Of a stretch of DNA of 64,000 nucleotides, positions 58,487-64,000 are shown piece by piece; position 1 is the stretch's first letter; each line of letters starts with the position of its first letter. The notes beneath the pieces were generated by a model that saw only the letters and a program-made list of their open reading frames with translations, was not told where the DNA came from and did no database searches. The stretch is from Acidobacteriota bacterium (GTDB lineage: Bacteria; Acidobacteriota; UBA890; WLXD01), in contig CBDFKD010000002.1 in assembly GCA_965248695.1 (NCBI GenBank), forward strand, positions 992,001 to 1,056,000, given 5' to 3'. A program made the translations under genes and the position numbers.

Positions 58487-59350
58487 CGGGCAATCCCGGT
58501 CGGACGACCATGAGCAGACTAGAGCTTCGCGCGTACCTGTTCTCTCTGCTCCTTTGCTTTCGATAGATCGAGTCCAGCGCTGCGGACGACTCGTCGAATA
58601 TCTCCCCTCAGTGATTTTATGAGCTCATTGACGATACCGGTTCCAAGAAGGCGCTCGGCCGCCTGGCGGGGTGCCTTTTCTAGACTTCGCTGCTCCTCTT
58701 TCTCTAGGTACGCAAGAAACGCCTCCACGCGTCCGAACCTCTCATACAGATCAGAGCTGTTCAGACGGATGTGTAGTTGATGTCGTGTCTTGCTGCACCA
58801 AATTGGCGTGTCCAAGCACACCAAATCCAGGTATTGGAACTTCTTCACTAGAGTGTCCAAATAGTAGACTCCGCAACGCGTAATGCGAATGTAGCGAACA
58901 CCCCCAAGATCCTCTATCTGCTGTGTGTCCGCTTCCACTAGCCGGCTCTTCAGTAGGCGCTTCAGGTGGAACTCGACATCACCACCGCCCCCGAATACTT
59001 GAGCAAGCTCATCGATACACTTCTACGCAGCGATAAAGCCTGCACCTTCCGGGTGGGCATCCGCGTTGTGGCGATCGAGGAGCGTCAGAATGTGCAGGCT
59101 CGTCAGGTTAGAAGCGTTCGGCGTCCCGGACACCTCGAACAGGTTGATGATGGTGCTTCTCTTTTCCTTGTAGAACTGATGGTCGCCGAGCATCACTGCT
59201 TTGATGAACTCGTGTTCCGCGACGAAGTAACGCCCGGAGTTCGCATAGATCTTCAACATTGTTTCAACAAATGTTACGCCTGAGACCATGAACTGATTGA
59301 ACATCGTCAGCGCGGATGACCTGACCCCGCGGTTAGTACCATGTCTTATC

Positions 59351-60244
59351 TCAGTAACTCGGTGCTGACAAGAGGTTGTTGAGGCCGGCGAAGCGGAGCG
59401 CAGCCGGCTTCAACAACGTCGCTTCGGGTGCGGGCGGCCGATAGCTCAGCGAGCTGTGCGGTCGCATGCGGTTGTAGTGCTGACGCCATCTCTCGATCAG
59501 AACCTTTGCCTCCTTGAGCGTGTAGAAGATCTCTCCATCCAGCAGCTCGTCGCGTAGCTTGCCGTTGAAGCTCTCCACGTAACCGTTCTCCCACGGCGAG
59601 CCCGGCTCGATGAACAGCGTCCCCACGCCCAACCGGCCCAGCCAGTCGCGAACCGCCTCGGCGGTGAACTCTGGTCCGTTATCCGACCGGATGTGCTCAG
59701 GTATGCCCCGGTGTACGAACAACCTCCCGAGCTGCTCCAGCACGTCCTCAGAGTTGAGCTTCCGTGCTACATGGATCGCCAGGCTTTCTCGTGTGTACTC
59801 ATCGACGATCGTCAGCAGCCTCATAGCCCGACCGTCGTGCGTCCGGTGGTGCAGGAAGTCATACGCCCAGACATGATCCCGGTGCTGTGGGCGCAGCCGG
59901 ATGCAGGAGCCATCGCTCAGCCACAGCCGTGCTCGTTTGGGCTGTTTTCTCGGTACTTTCAGCCCTTCGCGCCGCCAGATACGCTGCACTCGTTTGTGGT
60001 TCACGGACCAGCCCTCCATGCGCAGCAACGCTGTCACCCTCCGATATCCGTAGCGCCCGTACTGTCGGGCTAAATCCACGATCCGCTCCGTCAAAATCTG
60101 CTCCTGTTGCGGCTCTCTTGGCACGTACCGGTGTGTCGTGCGTGGTTGTTTCAGTACCCGACACGCCCGCCTCTCCGAGACGCCCAGCCGCCCCCGTACA
60201 TGTGCCACCGCCTCTCGCCGCCGAGCTGGGCTCAGAAGTTTCCC
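59351..60244 (-). CDS. IS3 transposase OrfB (DDE), joined to OrfA by -1 programmed frameshift
   Basis: YGYRRV, WAYDF, RSDNGPEF, ENGYVESFNG; slippery G-GGA-AAC at 60238-60244 (minus strand). Confidence 0.9.
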   Translation of the reverse strand, partial: GKLLSPARRREAVAHVRGRLGVSERRACRVLKQPRTTHRYVPREPQQEQILTERIVDLARQYGRYGYRRVTALLRMEGWSVNHKRVQRIWRREGLKVPRKQPKRARLWLSDGSCIRLRPQHRDHVWAYDFLHHRTHDGRAMRLLTIVDEYTRESLAIHVARKLNSEDVLEQLGRLFVHRGIPEHIRSDNGPEFTAEAVRDWLGRLGVGTLFIEPGSPWENGYVESFNGKLRDELLDGEIFYTLKEAKVLIERWRQHYNRMRPHSSLSYRPPAPEATLLKPAALRFAGLNNLLSAPSY

Positions 60245-60510
60245 TCCGCCACTTCCTTCAGGATCGACAGGTCGAGTTCCTTTTCCGCCACCAGCCTCTT
60301 GAGCCGGGCATTCTCCTTCTCCAGTTGCTTGAGCTTTCTGGCCTGGTTGAGCTTCAGTCCGCCGTACTCTCGCCGCCACCGGTAGTAGGTGTGCTCGGTG
60401 ATTGCTAGCTTGCGGCAGGCATCCTTGACCGTCGCCCCTCGAGCCAGCTCCACCTCAGCCTCCCGGAGCTTGCGTACGATCTGCTCGGCGCTGTGCCTCT
60501 TACTCGGCAT
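60232..60510 (-). CDS. IS3 transposase OrfA (HTH)
   Basis: RHSAEQIVRKLRE, TYYRWRREYGG, LEKENARLKRLVA; GGAGG RBS. Confidence 0.93.
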   Translation of the reverse strand: MPSKRHSAEQIVRKLREAEVELARGATVKDACRKLAITEHTYYRWRREYGGLKLNQARKLKQLEKENARLKRLVAEKELDLSILKEVAEGNF

Positions 60511-62788
60511 TCTGACCTCCCGTTCTTGACCCAGATCGTGAGATTACATCCGGATCCGTTTTCGGGGGTCAGGTCACGGATCGAATGTTCCCGTGCGCAA
60601 TGGCATCAATGAACGACCCGATCGCTCTATTCTGCTTAAGTACGCTGTCCTTGATTATGTGGAGAAACGCGCAGATCTCGGGCGCCTCAAACTCGACTCC
60701 AGATTTCAAAGCGACGCGAAGTGCTTCGTTTCCTTGTTCGGACACCTGCAGCGCGTAGGCGAGCCGCTTGCGTAATACCTGGCGGATGTCGGGCGACGCA
60801 ATGTGATAGCGAATGTTGTGGTAGGCGTTGAATGCGCCCGCCTGCTCTGCCCGGAAGAACGAATCCTCCCGGAGAGCCACGAACACGACGGCATCAAGCG
60901 CGGAACAGAGTTCCTGTGCGAGAAGGAACACGGCGAGCTGTTCATCGTTCGTGCGTTGATCGACGTTGTCGAGGACCAGCGTTACGACGAGGCCCTTCTC
61001 CCTTAGGAATCGGAGGACCGCGTCACAGTGCTCGGGTTTCTCGAGTTGTTCTTCCAGAAACTCGACCTCCCGTGCGGAGGCAGCCGTATCCGAGAGTGCC
61101 GCCCACGGTCCGGACGAGCGAGCGTCGATCTCCTGCCGGTAAATCTGTCGTAGCGCGCTAAGCGACCCTATGTCGACGTCAGGGTATCTCGTTGTCAAGT
61201 TGGACAGCGTCCGCCTACGAACGAAATCCGCGAAGGCACGGGCTTCTGCTGGCGCTTCGGTGAACGGCACATATGACCAGACGCAGTGCGTATCGACGAA
61301 CGCTCGGGCGTTGACTCGGAAAAACCTAATGTATGAACGTCGTCTTGCCTGCGCCTATTCCGCCTAGGAGAAGAACTGTCGTGCCGAAGTCGCCACGCCT
61401 AACAGCTTTGCGGAAGTCTGCGTCCAGGGCTCCGGAACGATCCTCCGTCTCGACAAGGTCGCTAAAACCGCTGCGGCGCGCAAACTCCGGTAGCGTGTCA
61501 TTGAATAGCGCTCGGACCTCTTTCCATACGCCCTGCACGCGACGGTCATAGACGTAGCACTTCTTGAGAACCTCGTCTTCCTCAGGACCCGTTAGATCGC
61601 GGAACATGCCACTGATCAGTGGTTGTATCTGGCGGGATAGACGATTTCGTTGGAGTGGATTGTCGGCGTAGTAGACGGTGTCAAGCACGCGCTTGAACGT
61701 GACTTGCTGAAGCTGCGCGTCACCAAGCCCCTCAACCAAGCTACCGTGGCTAACGGGTTCGTAGCCCAGGAGATTCCAGAACTCAGTAAAGTTAGCGTGA
61801 ATGTCCTCTAGGCTGCGGAAGACAATGCCCCGTCCAGCTTTCCAGGGCCGGCCAGCGGTTATGGCTTGAAAGACTATCCACTGAGAGCCGTTCGTTACGC
61901 ACGCATACTCCGTGCCGTGGTCATCGCAATACCCACGCACCTGGCGGATCGCCTTCCCTACGCCAGCTTTCTCTCCGCTGAGGGTCGACAGAGCATATTG
62001 ACGTCGGTTCCTTTCCGCGGGGAAGGTGAAGTACTGACCAGACCGCTTCGCCTCGACGACAAGCGTCGGCCGCGGACACGACAGCTTGTAGTCCAGATAG
62101 CCGGCGCTTGATTTCTCCTCGCGAACGATCGCCGCTTCTGGCCAGTCGAGAACACGCGTCAAGATTCGTGTGATGACCTTCGCGCGCGTGTCAGCTTCTG
62201 TTGACGTCTTGGAAACGAGTCGGTGTTGGCCATTCTCGTCAACAAGGACACTCAGTTCGTGCAAACACTGTTCGAATCCCATTCTCTGGCTCTTCCAGTA
62301 GACGAAGCGTTACCCGACTACCTAGGCAGGTTCCCGACCAACATCACTGACAATGGACACGGGGCGAAGCCTACTAGGGAAGGGCGGTGGTTCAACAGCT
62401 GAGCCGGTCGATCTGTGGACGTGGATTGAGTCGTACGGTGGCGATGCTCGGCCCACGACCGGCAGCCAGCCGCCGGCCATCGCACTCGGAGCATCGGCGC
62501 CGGCGCTGCAGATCCTACGCCGCTCCAATCGCTCGATGCGATACACCTGGCAACGGCGCAGAGTATCTATTGAGTCAAGACAACGCTCGTGTACGAGATC
62601 GCACTGGCTCGCGCGCGCACCTCTTTGGGTTTTCGGGCCTGACCCTTGGCAGCACCGACAAACTAAAGCAATCCGCCGTGCCTTGGCGATGGCAATCGTC
62701 GCCACATCGCCCTTTGCCAATTCTCAACCGCATGCGGTAGTGTGCGGCACAGATCTCGACCGTAGCGAACGCAACGGAGGACCCGCCC

Positions 62789-63280
62789 ATGCTGAGCTCT
62801 TCGAAATGCCCCCGGATCCTGATACTGATCGCCGCCGCCGCATTCGTCGCCGCTGTCGCCATACCGATGGCCACGGCGCAGGATACGAGCGCCGCTGAGC
62901 AGTCGGCGATCGCCCACGTCGAGTCGATGACCGACTCGTACCGCGCCAACGACGTCGACGGCTATCTGGGCCACTTTGCCAAGGAGCTCACCTGGTGGGG
63001 TCCTGGTGGCCGCGGCAGCTGGGACGCTTATCACTCGTCGTGGACCGAGTACGTCGCCAACAACGGTGGCGTGGCGTCGGCGGAGGTTTCGGACGCGGTG
63101 GCACATGTTGCACCGTCGGGCGACTCGGCGGTGGTGTCGTACCTGCTGACGGCTGACTACCGTAGCGCCGACGGGTCGGTGAGCCGATCCAACATCCAGA
63201 TGTCTACCAGCATGATGATGCAGGACGGCGGATGGAAGATCGTCCACCTACACTTCCAGAGCCAGCCGCAAGAGGAGTAG
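62789..63280 (+). CDS. Secreted NTF2/SnoaL-like protein
   Basis: GGAGG RBS, signal peptide, DVDGYLGHFA, GGWKIVHLHFQ. Confidence 0.8.
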   Translation: MLSSSKCPRILILIAAAAFVAAVAIPMATAQDTSAAEQSAIAHVESMTDSYRANDVDGYLGHFAKELTWWGPGGRGSWDAYHSSWTEYVANNGGVASAEVSDAVAHVAPSGDSAVVSYLLTADYRSADGSVSRSNIQMSTSMMMQDGGWKIVHLHFQSQPQEE

Positions 63281-63359
63281 CAGGTCGAGCTACCTGCGCC
63301 GTGTGAGCCTCCCTCCGAACGGCGGACGGGCGATCTGACCAGCGCGGCAAGGCGCTTCC

Positions 63360-64000
63360 CTACTTCAGCCTCACCGCCTGGGTGCTGAACTCGTCGCCTT
63401 CTTCGATGCGCGGCTGCTTGAACGACGTGTGGCTGAACGCGGACTCGTAGGCGCGTTCCGACAGCACTGTATCGGGCAACTTGTCGAGCGGCCGGTAGGC
63501 GCGCTCGGCGGCAGAGATATTCATGAACGAGCCGTCCTCGTTGCGGCCGCGAGCCTCCGGTATGGGCTCGTTCGACACGGCGTTGTAGGACACAAACAAC
63601 ATCAGACGGGACGTATCGGTCTCGTTCGCCGCCGACCCGTGCAAGGTGTTGCAATGAAAGAACACGGCGTCGCCCGCTGCCATCTCGCAGTGCACTAGAC
63701 CCAACGTCAGCTGAACTCGCTTGCGCCGACGCTCGAAGTTCTCGAAGTCGTGGTGGTCCATGCGGCCGATTCGATGTGAGCCGGTGATCACCTGGAGACA
63801 ACCGTTCGCACGCGTGGTGGGTTCGATTGCAATCCCCACCGACAGCATGTCGGGAAACAGCAGGCCGTCGTCGTACCAGCTGTAGTAGTCCTGGTGCCAG
63901 TCGATGCGGGCCTCGCACCGCGGCGGCTTGACGGTGATCTTGGAATGCCAGTGGTAGCAGGGCTCGCCCAGCAGCGCTTCCGTCGCATCCACCATTCTCT
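63360..64000 (-). CDS. Phytanoyl-CoA dioxygenase family Fe(II)/2OG oxygenase; 5' end outside the window
   Basis: WHQDY (HxD), NGCLQVITGSH, AGDAVFFHCNTLHGS. Confidence 0.9.
   Translation of the reverse strand, partial: RMVDATEALLGEPCYHWHSKITVKPPRCEARIDWHQDYYSWYDDGLLFPDMLSVGIAIEPTTRANGCLQVITGSHRIGRMDHHDFENFERRRKRVQLTLGLVHCEMAAGDAVFFHCNTLHGSAANETDTSRLMLFVSYNAVSNEPIPEARGRNEDGSFMNISAAERAYRPLDKLPDTVLSERAYESAFSHTSFKQPRIEEGDEFSTQAVRLK

Larger units (their letters stand above)
59317..60576 (-). mobile_element. IS3-family (IS407-like) insertion sequence, 1260 bp
   Basis: Terminal IRs TGACCTGACCCC; 4-bp target duplication CGGA (59313-16 and 60577-80); orfA/orfB. Confidence 0.95.
58519..62282 (-). pseudogene. 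Disrupted gene for a PD-(D/E)xK nuclease (HsdR-N-like) + AAA+/P-loop ATPase + winged-helix protein, about 830 aa when restored
   Basis: EADTR, YLDY, VVEAK, QxxxY, TNG; GGIGAGKTT; LVLDNVDQ; GNIRSAL across the IS junction. Lesions: extra base at 61328, IS at 59317-60576, in-frame TAG at 59023-25. Confidence 0.8.

Noticed and set aside
59023-59025. In-frame TAG as pyrrolysine or recoded stop
   Set aside because: The gene is already IS-disrupted and many other genes in the window end in TAG, so a nonsense mutation is simpler.
62283-62788. ORFs or an attachment site at the edge of the lower-GC island
   Set aside because: No recognisable motifs, RBS, tRNA, integrase or flanking direct repeat found by eye.

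Overview
GC-rich bacterial chromosomal region. Two PadR + orphan duplicated ABC-permease operons, an ECF sigma/Ser-Thr kinase-TPR locus and a CadC-like wHTH-TPR regulator suggest Acidobacteriota (inference). Most of the window encodes secreted or periplasmic hydrolases, oxidoreductases and TRAP transporters, plus two VapBC-type toxin-antitoxin pairs. Points the ORF track misses: (1) a B12-binding radical SAM gene whose apparent TGA stop reads on as C-U-A-E-P with a SECIS-like hairpin, i.e. a likely selenoprotein; (2) a structured MITE with perfect 32-bp inverted ends that sits on that gene's true stop codon; (3) a lower-GC nuclease-AAA+-wHTH gene (candidate stand-alone anti-phage protein) broken by an intact IS3-family element, a nonsense codon and a frameshift; (4) a type IV pilin-like gene 3 bp upstream of an animal-type haem peroxidase; (5) several operator and promoter motifs; (6) two gene remnants. 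Five single-base indels in short homopolymers split otherwise normal genes and may be assembly errors. I saw no rRNA, tRNA or CRISPR array. All product calls come from motif recognition by eye, with no database searches.
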